In this document: piece after piece, positions 11,470 through 52,178 of the stretch
Layout: every line of letters begins with the position of its first letter
Numbering within the stretch: position 1 is the first letter of the stretch
Source of the DNA: Macrostomum lignano
Lineage: Eukaryota
Direction: 5' to 3'
DNA length: 64,000 bases
NCBI GenBank assembly: GCA_002269645.1
Contig: NIVC01003453.1
Span: forward strand, 1-64,000
Notes under the pieces: model-generated
Database searches by the model: none
What the model was told of the DNA's origin: nothing
What the model saw: the letters and a program-made list of their open reading frames with translations, nothing else
Program-made: the position numbers and the translations under genes

Positions 11470-14170
11470 AAATCTATTCTCTATCATTGCCATCTCTATC
11501 ATTTCTATTCTCGTCTCTTTTCTCTATCATTGCTATCTATATCATCTCATCTCTCAACTCTATTCTCTATCATTGCCATCTATATCATCTCATCTCTCAA
11601 CTCTATTCTCTATCATTGCCATCTATATCATCTTATCTCTTAACTCTTTTCTGTATCATTTTTATCTATATCATCTCATCTCTCATCTCTATTCGCTATC
11701 ATATTGCCATCTATATCATCTCATCTCTCATCTCTATTCTCTATCATTGCCATCTATATCATCTTATCTCTTAACTCTTTTCTGTATCATTTTCATCTAT
11801 TTCATCTCATCTCTCATCTCTATTCGCTATCATATTGCCATCTATATCATCTCATCTCTCATCTCTATTCTATATCATTGAAATCTATATATCATCTCAT
11901 CTCTCATCTCTATTCTCTATCATTGACATCTATATCATCTCATCTCAACTCTTTTCTGTATCATTTCCATCTAATCATCTTATCTTTCATCTCTATTCTC
12001 TATCATTGACATCTATATCATCTCATCTCTCATCTGTATTCTCTATCATTGCCATCTATATCATCTCATCTCTCATCTCTATTCTCTATCATTGCCATCT
12101 ATATCATCTCATCTCTTAACTCTTTTCCGTATCATTTTCATCTATATCATCTCATCTCTCATCTCTATTCGCTATCATATTGCCATCTATATCATCTCAT
12201 CTCTCATCTCTATTCTCTATCATTGCCATCTATATCATCTTATCTCTTAACTCTTTTCTGTATCATTTTCATCTATTTCATCTTATCTCTCATCTCTATT
12301 CGCTATCATATTGCCATCTATATCATCTCATCTCCCATCTCTATTCTATATCATTGAAATCTATATATCATCTCATCTCTCATCTCTATTCTCTATCATT
12401 GACATCTATATCATCTTATCTCAACTCTTTTCTGTATCATTTCCATCTAATCATCTTATCTTTCATCTCTATTCTCTATCATTGACATCTATATCATCTC
12501 ATCTCTTAACTCTTTTCCGTATCATTTTCATCTATATCATCTCATCTCTCATCTCTATTCGCTATCATATTGCCATCTATATCATCTCATCTCTCATCTC
12601 TATTCTCTATCATTGCCATCTATATCATCTTATCTCTTAACTCTTTTCCGTATCATTTTCATCTATATCATCTCATCTCTCATCTCTATTCGCTATCATA
12701 TTGCCATCTATATCATCTCATCTCTCATCTCTATTCTCTATCATTGCCATCTATATCATCTTATCTCTTAACTCTTTTCTGTATCATTTTCATCTATTTC
12801 ATCTTATCTCTCATCTCTATTCGCTATCATATTGCCATCTATATCATCTCATCTCCCATCTCTATTCTATATCATTGAAATCTATATATCATCTCATCTC
12901 TCATCTCTATTCTCTATCATTGACATCTATATCATCTCATCTCAACTCTTTTCTGTATCATTTCCATCTAATCATCTTATCTTTCATCTCTATTCTCTAT
13001 CATTGACATCTATATCATCTCATCTCTCATCTGTATTCTCTATCATTGCCATCTATATCATCTCATCTCTCATCTCTATTCTCTATCATTGCCATCTATA
13101 TCATCTCATCTCTCATCTCTATTCTCTATCATTGCCATCTATATCATCTTATCTCTTAACTCTTTTCTGTATCATTTTCATCTATTTCATCTCATCTCTC
13201 ATCTCTATTCGCTATCATATTGCCATCTATATCATCTCATCTCTCATCTCTATTCTATATCATTGAAATCTATATATCATCTCATCTCTCATCTCTATTC
13301 TCTATCATTGACATCTATATCATCTCATCTCAACTCTTTTCTGTATCATTTCCATCTAATCATTTTATCTTTCATCTCTATTCTCTATCATTGACATCTA
13401 TATCATCTCATCTCTCATCTGTATTCTCTATCATTGCCATCTATATCATCTCATCTCTCATCTCTATTCTCTATCATTGCCATCTATATCATCTCATCTC
13501 TCATCTCTATTCTCTATCATTGCCATCTATATCATCTTATCTCTTAACTCTTTTCTGTATCATTTTCATCTATTTCATCTCATCTCTCATCTCTATTCGC
13601 TATCATATTGCCATCTATATCATCTCATCTCTCATCTCTATTCTATATCATTGAAATCTATATATCATCTCATCTCTCATCTCTATTCTCTATCATTGAC
13701 ATCTATATCATCTCATCTCAACTCTTTTCTGTATCATTTCCATCTAATCATTTTATCTTTCATCTCTATTCTCTATCATTGACATCTATATCATCTCATC
13801 TCTCATCTGTATTCTCTATCATTGCCATCTATATCATCTCATCTCTCATCTCTATTCTCTATCATTGCCATCTATATCATCTCATCTCTCATCTCTATTC
13901 TCTATCATTGCCATCTATATCATATCATCTCTCATATCTTTTCTCTATCATCATTCCTATCTATATCATCTAAACTCTCATCTCTATTCTCCATCATTCC
14001 CATCTATATCATCTCATCTCTCATCTCTTTTCTCTATCATCATTCCTATCTACATGTATATCATCTCAACTCTCATTTCTATTCTCTATCATTCCTTTCT
14101 ATATCATGTCATCTCTCATCTCTATTCTCTATCATTGCTTTCTATATCATCTCAACTCTCATCTCTGATC
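11470..14170 (+). repeat. ~43-bp pyrimidine-rich minisatellite with higher-order blocks
   Basis: Unit CTCTATCATTGCCATCTATATCATCTCATCTCTCATCTCTATT. Near-identical ORF translations recur at 11704/12180/12701/13089/13477 (spacings 476, 521, 388, 388). Confidence 0.95.
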
Positions 14171-14599
14171 TCTATTAACCAGTCACTGATGTCATCAGTT
14201 TATCATGTGTTGTGAGAACTCTTCAGCGTCCTCAATATTGTCAACGAGTTCATGCAAGCAAAAATTGATACGAGCATGCAGCCAAAAAGTTCGCTAAAAA
14301 GGTCTTGCTTGCTTTTTTAAAGCAGACTGAGAGAAGATGTTCGTATTTTTCTGTGTGAAAAAATTCATTTTTTGGCGTAGCCTGGCACCACAAGATGACT
14401 GACCATTGCTGAGGCCTCCCATCCAGTCTTTCGTGACCACTGATTAGCAACACGAAGTTGCGTGCAACAGCTTGGCAAATTCGATTCTAAGAAACTTGCT
14501 GTGAATTCAAGGACGTTTTCAAGGTGAATCTGGATTGGAAAACCCTTAAAAATTGGAATATTTTCTTTTAAATCCATTGAACTTTATAGTAACATGTTT

Positions 14600-15095
14600 A
14601 TCGATTGTTGATGTTGTTGTTGCTTTTGTTCTTGTCGTTTTCGTTGTTTTTGCTGTTTTTATTGTTGTTGTTGCTAATGGTGGCATGGTTATAGTTGCTG
14701 TCATTTTTGTTGTCACTGTTGTTACTGTTGTTGTTGTATTTGTTGTTTCTCTGTTGCTACTTTGTTGTTGTTGTTATTATTTTTGTTGCTTCTTTGTTGT
14801 TGTTGTTTTTGTTGTTGTTGCAGCTGTTTTTTTGTTACTTTAGTTGTGGCTTTTGTTGCTTCTGTTGTTTTTTGTTGTTGTTTTTGTTGTTGTTGTTGCT
14901 ATCGCTTTTGTTGTTTATTTGTTGTTGTTGTTGTTGTTTTTGTTGTTGCTTTTGCTGTTTCTGTTGTTGTTTTGGTTGTTTTTGTTGTTGTTGTTGTTTT
15001 TTGTTTTTAGATGATTCTTTCTTGTTGTTGCTGTTGTTTTTGCTTTTGTTGTTGTTTTGGTTGTTTTGGTTGCTGTTGCTATTTTGTTGTTGGTA
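14600..15095 (+). repeat. Degenerate (GTT)n / TG-rich low-complexity tract
   Basis: Imperfect trinucleotide repeat. Confidence 0.9.
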
Positions 15096-15502
15096 ATTTG
15101 ACGATGTTATAAAAGATATTACTAGTCTGATATAAGCTGATTCCAATTGGCAAGCAGCGGCACACTGTTAAGCTTTTTAGAACACCATGCCGATTGCAGC
15201 CAAGACTTGAAGACTCGAAGCTGAGGGGCAGGCAGGTTCCAAAGCCAACCCGTTTCCATCATATTTCGTTTGGCATAACTTGTTCAGGCATACAGAAAAA
15301 CAAGGCAATGTTGTGAACTGGCGGGAGAGCTTCAGAAATTCAGAGCTTCAAGCAGACGGCTGCCTGTCGGGTGCCCCTGTTTTACATGCGCCAAGTTTTT
15401 TAATTGGTTCGCTGTGTCTGCGCCCTCCGCTTCCGACAGACGTGGCCGAGGCTGTCTGCCGAAACCCGGAAAGACAAACTTGACCTGGTAAGACTAATTT
15501 GA

Positions 15503-17080
15503 AACCTGAATCTGAATCCAAATCTGAATCTGAATCCAAATGTTGAATCTGAATCTGAATCTGAACTTGAATCTGAACCTGAATCTGAATCTGAATCTGA
15601 ATCTGAATCTGAATCTGAATCTGAACCTGAATCTGAATCTGAACCTGAATCTGAATCTGAATCTGAACCTGAATCTGAATCTGAACCTGAATCTGAATCT
15701 GAATCTGAATCTGAACCTGAATCTGAATCTGAACCTGAATCTGAATCTGAATCTGAACCTGAATCTGAATCTGAACCTGAATCCGAATCTGAATCTGAAT
15801 CCAAATGTTGAATCTGAATCTGAATCTGAACTTGAATCTGAACCTGAATCTGAATCTGAATCTGAATCTGAATCTGAATCTGAACCTGAATCTGAATCTG
15901 AACCTGAATCTGAATCTGAATCTGAACCTGAATCTGAATCTGAACCTGAATCTGAATCTGAATCTGAATCTGAACCTGAATCTGAATCTGAACCTGAATC
16001 TGAATCTGAATCTGAATCTGAACTTGAATCTTAATCTGAACCTGAATCTGAATCTGAATCCGAATCTGAATCTGAATCCAAATGTTGAATCTGAATCTGA
16101 ATCCGAATCTGAATCTGAATCCAAATGTTGAATCTGAATCTGAATCGGAATCTGAATCTGAACCTGAATCTGAACCTGAATCTGAACCTGAATCTGAATC
16201 TGAATCTGAATCTGAATCTGAACCTGAATCTGAATCTGAACCTGAATCTGAATCTGAATCTGAACCTGAATCTGAATCTGAACCTGAATCTGAATCTGAA
16301 TCTGAATCTGAATCTGAATCTGAATCTGAACCTGAACCTGAACCTGAATCTGAATCTGAACCTGAATCTTAATCTGAACCTGAATCTGAATCTGAATCCG
16401 AATCTGAATCTGAATCCAAATGTTGAATCTGAATCTGAATCCGAATCTGAATCTGAATCCAAATGTTGAATCTGAATCTGAATCTGAATCTGAATCTGAA
16501 CCTGAATCTGAACCTGAATCTGAATCTGAATCTGAATCTGAATCTGAATCTGAACCTGAACCTGAATCTGAATCTGAATCTGAATCTGAATCTGAACCTG
16601 AACCTGAACCTGAATCTGAACCTGAACCTGAATCTGAATCTGAATCTGAATCTGAATCTGAACCTGAACCTGAATCTGAATCTGAATCTGAATCTGAACC
16701 TGAACCTGAACCTGAATCTGAACCTGAACCTGAATCTGAACCTGAACCTGAATCTGAACCTGAACCTGAATCTGAACCTGAACCTGAATCTGAACCTGAA
16801 TCTGAATCTGAATCTGAATCTGAATCTGAACCTGAATCTGAATCTGAATCTGAATCTGAATCTGAACCTGAACCTGAACCTGAACCTGAACCTGAACCTG
16901 AATCTGAACCTGAATCTGAATCTGAATCTGAATCTGAATCTGAACCTGAATCTGAACCTGAACCTGAATCTGAACCTGAACCTGAATCTGAACCTGAACC
17001 TGAACCTGAACCTGAACCTGAATCTGAACCGGAACCTGAATCTGAACCGGAACCTGAATCTGAATCTGAATCTTAATCTG
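15503..17080 (+). repeat. (TCTGAA)n hexamer array with CCTGAA variants
   Basis: About 1.6 kb, punctuated by TCCAAATGTTGAA landmarks. Confidence 0.97.
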
Positions 17081-17679
17081 ATTCCAAAATGGAAGACAAA
17101 GAAATGTTCCATAAGCTGGCCATTTAAAAGTTGCCTGTTCAGAGTCCAGTCTTTTTTCCTAATAGCATTTTACAACCGGGTCTGGACGCAAGTCCGCCGA
17201 CACAGGGACTAGACAGAATCTACTGACTACGACAAGAGGTATTTAATAATTAATGATCATACGTCAAATCAGATGGATAGCCATAAACCTAATAAGCCAC
17301 CATTGTGTTAACTGGGATTCCTTTGAATATTAAATCAGTGTGCTGCAGTGCATTCAGTGAGATTTCCTACCCGGAGATAAAAAAACCGCTCAGGCATGAA
17401 GACTCTGCTGGATTGTGGAATTTTAGTGCGTGAACTTTGCCTCTGTCATACCGCAGTTCAAAGTATTTTCATTTAACAAAGTTCAGTTTGTTTACGTTTG
17501 GTTCATCCTACCCTGGGGGATAAGTTTGTTTTATTTCTTTTTAAAGCATTTTCTATGAATTCATTAAAAATGGAAAATTTTGAATTTTCTTAATAAGTCA
17601 GTAGCATTAGGTTTGCGGATATATCTGATAATTTAGTGCCAATGTAACCAATAACATGGGCTCCGATAAAAGAGAGGGT

Positions 17680-18640
17680 AGACAGGGGGTAGAGAAGGTG
17701 AGGAGGTAGAGAGAAAGAGGAGAGGGTAGTGAGTGGAGGGGGAGAGGATAGAGAGGGTAGAGGGAGAGAGTAGAGAGGGTAGAGAGGGTAGAGAGGTAGA
17801 GAGTGTAGAGAGGGTAGAGAGTGTAGAGAGGGTAGAGAGGGTAGAGAGGGTAGAGAGGGTAGAGAGGGTAGAGAGGGTAGAGAGGGTAGAGAGGGTAGAG
17901 AGGGTAGAGAGGGTAGAGAGGGTAGAGAGGGTAGAGAGGGTAGAGAGGGTAGAGAGGGTAGAGAGGGTAGAGAGGGTAGAGAGGGTAGAGAGGGTAGAGA
18001 GGGTAGAGAGGGTAGAGAGGGTAGAGGGAGGGAGTAGAGAGGGTAGAGAGGGTAGAGAGGGTAGAGAGGGTAGAGAGGGTAGAGAGGGTAGAGGGAGGGA
18101 GTAGAGAGGGTAGAGAGGGTAGAGAGGGTAGAGAGGGTAGAGAGGGTAGAGAGGGTAGAGAGGGTAGAGAGGGTAGAGAGGGTAGAGAGGGTAGAGGGAG
18201 GGAGTAGAGAGGGTAGAGAGGGTAGAGAGTGTAGAGAGGGTAAAGAGGGTAGAGAGGGTAGAGAGGGTAGAGAGGGTAGGGAGGGTAGAGAGGGTAGAGA
18301 GGGTAGAGAGGGTAGAGAGGGTAGAGAGGGTAGAGAGGGTAGAGAGGGTAGAGAGTGTAGAGAGGGTAAAGAGGGTAGAGAGGGTAGAGAGGGTAGAGAG
18401 GGTAGAGGGAGGGAGTAGAGAGGGTAGAGAGGGTAGAGAGGTAGAGAGTGTAGAGAGGGTAGAGAGGGTAGAGAGGGTAGAGAGGGTAGAGAGGGTAGAG
18501 AGGGTAGAGAGGGTAGAGAGGGTAGAGGGAGGGAGTAGAGAGGGTAGAGAGGGTAGGGAGGGTAGAGAGGGTAGAGAGGGTAGAGAGGGTAGAGAGGGTA
18601 GAGAGGGTAGAGAGGGTAGAGAGGATAGAGGGAGAGGAAA
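17680..18640 (+). repeat. (GAGGGTAGAG)n decamer array
   Basis: About 95 copies with recurring variants. Confidence 0.95.
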
Positions 18641-19374
18641 TGGATAGCAGTAAGATTCAGACAGACAATGCATATCAGATGGTGAATCTCATACCAAAGA
18701 ATCTCCAAGAGAATCGCCTCTGTCAAAGCCTGGGTCAAAAAGTACGCAAAGAGTTTGTTTATCTTGCATATTTGAAACCTATTCATACACTAAGAACTGT
18801 ATCTACATGCCTAAGGTTATAGTAAATCATCTATCCATCGGTAAGATTATTTTCGAAAGCTTTCATTCACTTTCCATCATTTTAAGCCCTGTATTTTTTG
18901 CCCACGTTGACAAGAAAATCGCATATGCGGTCGCTGCGGTGGTACGAGGCCAAAAAACAGGCCACCACGCATGATTGATTTCCCGCGCCTTCCAACTGCT
19001 GAGTTTCTAGACTTGAACAAAACCGGCAAACCTTGAATAGAATAACACTGAAAATCAGAGCTTTGAGGCTATTTATTCGTCTTAAATATATTGATTAGAA
19101 GTTTTTAGAAAACAGAAGTTCAGCAACCGAGTATTGATAATACTAGTAGTACAATTTGAGTCTAAAAAATACTGAACACAGGAAAAATAACAATAGAGAA
19201 TTACTGGTATTCGTAGTATAACAAAATTAATTTTAATGACCAAATTTCTATTGAGATTTGCATGACTTTGAAGTAATAAATAGCTTATTCATTTCTTCTC
19301 ATTTCTCTGGCTCTCTCGTGATGGTATAAGAATTTAGATACTCGTAGATAAAAATAGGCTATAAAGATGGATGC

Positions 19375-19532
19375 CTCCAGTGTACATTACAGCCCCTCTA
19401 CCCTCCCAGTGTACATTCCAACTTGTCTATCCTCCCAGTGTACATTACAACCCCTCTACCCTCCTAGTGTACATTCCAACCCCTCTATCCTCCCAGTGTA
19501 CATTACAACTTCTCTATCCCCCGGTGTACATT
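19375..19532 (+). repeat. ~29-bp TGTACATT-core minisatellite downstream of AASS
   Basis: About 5 copies of CCCCTCTACCCTCCCAGTGTACATTACAA-like units. Confidence 0.85.
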
Positions 19533-19927
19533 CCTTTCCCGGCTAGCTAAAATTTTATCAAGAAAAATAGAGATATGAGAGGAAGAGAGACAAAAGTATG
19601 AATAATGTGGATCTATACCCCGGACGTACAAGTGAGAACGCACAAGTGCATATTAGCTTTAACGCGCACTAATTTTTGATAAAAATCAATACTGTGTTTA
19701 TAAAAAGAATACAACTTTGTATGACAGCTGAGCACAGAAGGGGAGCAGGTCTTACTGTGTAACGCTTTTATTAAATATAAAAAGACCTATTTTTTGTTCA
19801 ATTGAGATTTCGTTAAGCCAACCAATAATACATTGGATTGATAAAACATAAATCAAGATTCCTTCGACCAAAACTTAAAAGCAAAATAAATAGTTTTCTG
19901 TCCTCGTCTTCATCTCAAATCTCACTC

Positions 19928-32966
<13,039 letters not shown>

Positions 32967-34722
32967 AGCTAGTCTTGCTTTTCGATATGCGAAAGAACAA
33001 TAAACTGGAAATGACGCCTAAAGGTCAGTCGCGGATGGTATTCTTGTTTAGAATTATATTACAATATTCGGTATCTGGATTGAATGGATAGCAAAACTTT
33101 TTATAGCAATAATTTGAATATTAAAACAAAACCATGTAGCATAAATTTTGAAAATCAAAACTTTCAGAGTAAACTTAGTATAAATTTATGTTTTTATGAT
33201 GAACTTAACTCGAAAATGTTGTTTAAGAGAAGGAACGATCTTCTGTTATGATAAATTTAAACTTTAATTCCTTCTTCGTGGGTCATAACTGGTTTGGCAA
33301 AGCGTGAGGCGTTGACAATAATAAAAAACATCGAATAGAAAGGCGTATGGTCTTTGTGCGTTATAAATTAAAAGCAGAATAAACATTAGTCGGTTAATGT
33401 TTCTTCTATGCAGGGGAGCATAAATTTTATAATAGGTACTATTAATATTAGTTAGTAAATTGTTTGAAAGGGCTGTGTGGTATATTTGAAAATTGTATCA
33501 TAAAGACTTCAGTATTTAGAATTAATTTCTATATTTTACATTTTTACATTTTATTGATTCTTCTCTGTTTTTTGAAATGAACAATTTCTTAGTTGGAAAA
33601 TGGTTACTGATGTTCCATTCAACTAATAAGTTCAATTCCACAACCGTTTCATAAAAATTAAATGCTGAAAAACATACAATTTAAATTCTTTTTAAAAATT
33701 AAATAAGAATTAAAAGCACGAAAACTTAAAGCACTTTCTAATTTAAAATTCACATTCATTTTTGAAGTTCCCCTTTAACATATTAAATTATAGTTTAATA
33801 GATAGTTTAGTTCGGTCGATAAAATTTAATCCATATATTTTTGCTGATAGCTTCACTTTAGTTTTTAACAGTTGACCCAATAATTAAATTGCTTTTTATA
33901 TTTTGCTTTCCACAAAAACCTTTAATCTTATTACTCCGCGACCAATACATTTAAAAAGAGCTATTTAAACTGAACCCATTGCTTCAACTTCTAATAAAAA
34001 TTGTATTATGCAACAAAAATAAAATAGCTCGTGAAAATGACTCTTTCATATTACATTTACACTTACAAAAATTGCTTGCAAAATGCCTCGCTTGATTACT
34101 GATAGTAGAGCATGCAGAAAATGCTGCAAATGGGAAAGTTAAACTGCTTCTTTTTAAAAACCAGGTTAGCATTTGCCAAAACAACTGAATGCTTTTACCA
34201 AAGTTGATTTTCAGTCACAACAGGCTGCCAGACCAGCAGAAATTCATTTCGATACCAGCTTACAAAATAGTGTACGTAAAGTAACAAAAAAGTAAAAGAA
34301 TTGCCTGATTTTTACGGAATATTTCTTCAATAAAAACGCGATTTTTAAACCTTGTTTCTCGTATGTAAAAGTACAAACGCATCAACACGCGCCATTCGAT
34401 TGCTCAATAAACATAAAATACCGATTGCGGATACGTATTAATCCCTGCCAACGCTCTTCGGACTTCCATTAACACATTTTGGGCACCGGGGCAGGCACAT
34501 TGTCCGCCATTCAGCCGATGTGCACGATTTATTCCGCCACTGAGCGCCTCTATACCTAGGATCACTTCCGCCAGAGGAAATTAAAAAAAACACGATAAAG
34601 ATTCTGAGAATGAGGAGTCTAATGAGCATGAACTGCCTGTTGCCACCTTGTCATCACATTGGCTGCCTCGTGACAGCAGACTAGCAGCCCAGCTAGAAGA
34701 CAAAACAGTCATGCCTGTTCCA

Positions 34723-36046
<1,324 letters not shown>

Positions 36047-36919
36047 GATATAAACGGGATTATGTCCAATCTGAATAAAAAGACAACCTGAAGGCTTACA
36101 GGGTGCAAAGCCACCCTTAGCTTGACTTGGCAGCCAGACAGTCAGCCCAGACAGTTCGGTCTTCCCTCATTTCCAGCCGCTACCTCTCTCCTCCATCAGA
36201 CCCGCCAGCTTCCCCGTCCACCACTTTTTCTCCCTCCCTTTCGCTTCCTGTTAACCCGAAGCTGCGAGCCCCCCCCCCCGACCGGCCACCCGCCACCGCA
36301 TCCTCGGTCCTGCGTCCTCGGGGTTGGCCCGAACCCCCCTGCTGCCCGGGCGGGTGGGAAGAGTGGGAACCCGGGCGAGAGGGAAGAGACGTACGGACGG
36401 ACAGACAGACGGACACAGACAGAGCAAAAGTACATATCAAGCGCGCATGCTCCAGCGCGATGTCACTCTGTCCCTCAGGGCTGTGTTCCTCGAAGCTCTC
36501 GCTCGTTCCCAAACAGGCCCGCCCGCTAGCAGCAGAAGTGTGGGTAGTGCCAGTTCTCAAGTCTGGGGGCAGACAGAGACAGGGACCAAACGCACTCTCA
36601 CCCTGTGCCGCTCGCTTGGCTTCTCTGTACCCCCTTCTCCAGCTGAGTTCCTGCAGCTGCTCTCTTACCCCACTCCCCTCTCTCTACCCCCTCTCGCTGG
36701 GAGACTCTGCGAGACTGTGACTCTCTTTTTCAGGCCTTCCTCTCTTCCCTGCCAATATTGGCTCAGCCGATCTTCCCGCAGATCAAGCCAGCATCCTCCG
36801 GTGCCTCTTCCATTCCTAAGCCATATATACCCAAAAGAACGCGACTGAGAGCTGACAGTCAAATAGACTGCCGATTCTCTCTCTCTCTCTCTCTGAACAA
36901 AGACAGTTACTCTGGCAGC

Positions 36920-50074
<13,155 letters not shown>

Positions 50075-50329
50075 GACGGCAACAGACGTCCTGTCCGAGG
50101 AAAAAACTGGCACTCCACAATATCAAAACGTGAATGATCTGCAAGACCTATGCAGGTGTGATTTCTGCGCAACAACTGAGAACATTACAGCTTACATGTA
50201 CTGTCCTTGCTCCCTATACGTGACACATTCAAACATTATTCATTTGCGTCGCTTGTGAAGCTTAACAATATTGCTTATATGGGGGAATTCTGAGTCCCCT
50301 CTGAGAGCTTTGACGCCCACCTGGCAAGA

Positions 50330-50905
50330 ATAGCTATCAGACCCACCTGACAAGTATAACTAACTGTCAGACCCACCTGACAAGGATAACTAACTGTCAG
50401 ACCCACCTGACAAGAATAACTACTGTCAGACCCACCTGACAAGAATAACTACTGTCAGACCCACCTGATAAGAATAACTACTGTCAGACCCACCTGATAA
50501 GAATAACTACTGTCAGACCCACCTGACAAGAATAACTACTGTCAGACCCACCTGACAAGAATAACTACTGTCAGACCCACCTGACAAGAATAACTACTGT
50601 CAGACCCACCTGATAAGAATAACTACTGTCAGACCCACCTGACAAGAATAACTACTGTCAGACCCACCTGACAAGAATAACTACTGTCAGACCCACCTGA
50701 TAAGAATAACTACTGTCAGACCCACCTGACAAGAATAACTACTGTCAGACCCACCTGACAAGAATAACTACTGTCAGACTCACCTGACAAGAATAACTAC
50801 TGTCAGACCCACCTGATAAGAATAACTACTGTCAGACCCACCTGACAAGAATAACTACTGTCAGACCCACCTGACAAGAATAACTACTGTCAGACCCACC
50901 TGATA
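50330..50905 (+). repeat. 29-bp minisatellite downstream of the GPR158-like stop
   Basis: Unit GTCAGACCCACCTGACAAGAATAACTACT, about 19 copies; internal GTCAG/CTGAC inverted pair. Confidence 0.95.
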
Positions 50906-51494
50906 AAAAAACAGATTTTTTCTGAAAGCGTCACAATTTTACCCATACTGAGAAGTTTGGCTGGGCGGTCAGGATTGCGAACTTTGTAACATTTTCAACA
51001 CCAGACCTCTAATTCACCTTGTTTAGCCACATTCACATCAGATAAGCACAAGCCCAGTGTCAGTTATATTATTTCATCCAATTAAAATGAACAGACATTG
51101 TCAATTGCTACATTTTATGTTTTAAAATTATCTAAGCTGCCTCAGATTTATGAACTGTGTTTTTGACACCTGCTACGATAATATTTAATTAATTAATTAA
51201 TCGAATTTTATTGTTCTGCTATATATAGCATTTGTAAAACTTTTAATTCGATAAAGTGATAAAAAATTGAAACCCGTTAGTCATATCTTTCCCAATCAAT
51301 ACTATCAGTGTGTTATCGAATTGACGTTCGGAGATATAGATGCCATAAGTTCCAAATCTTACTTATTTTATTGTTAATGAATTCATCGATTAATTGAACC
51401 CAGATAAGGAATTAACAAAATCTAGCTGTCGAAACATTCAATGACGCAAAGGTTGAGAATCAGTTCAATGACTGCTAAAATCGTCGTCAGTTTG

Positions 51495-52178
51495 AGAGTC
51501 AGACAGTTGGAGAGTCAGAGAGTTGGAGAGTCAGACAGTTGGAGAGTCAGACAGTTGGAGAGTCAGACAGTTGGAGAGTCAGACAGTTGGAGAGTCAGAC
51601 AGTTGGAGAGTCAGACAGTTGGAGAGTCAGATAGTCGGTGAGTCAGAGAGTCAGACAGTTGGAGAGTCAGATAGTCGGTGAGTCAGAGAGTCAGACAGTT
51701 GGAGAGTCAGATAGTCGGTGAGTCAGAGAGTCAGACAGTTGGAGAGTCAGATAGAGAGTCAGACAGTCAGTGAGTCTGACAGTCAGTGAGTCAGACAGTC
51801 GGTGAGTCAGACAGTCGGAGAGTCAGACAGTTGGAGAGTCAGATAGAGAGTCAGACAGTCAGTGAGTCAGACAGTCGGAGAGTCAGACAGTTGGAGAGTC
51901 AGATAGAGAGTCAGACAGTCAGTGAGTCTGACAGTCAGTGAGTCAGACAGTCGGTGAGTCAGACAGTCGGAGAGTCAGACAGTTGGAGAGTCAGATGGAG
52001 AGTCAGACAGTCAGTGAGTCAGACAGTCGGAGAGTCAGACAGTTGGAGAGTCAGATAGAGAGTCAGACAGTCAGTGAGTCAGACAGTCGGTGAGTCAGAC
52101 AGTCGGTGAGTCAGACAGTCGGTGAGTCAGACAGTCGGAGAGTCAGACAGTCGGAGAGTCAGACAGTTGGAGAGTCGG
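51495..52178 (+). repeat. 16-bp minisatellite (GAGTCAGACAGTTGGA)n with variants, abutting and including the class A GPCR stop codon
   Basis: The minus-strand unit CTCTCCAACTGTCTGA equals the gene's final codons plus TGA. Confidence 0.93.

Noticed and set aside
34438-34629. Small minus-strand ORF with Cys residues upstream of AASS
   Set aside because: Short, no recognisable domain, and no supported splice partners.
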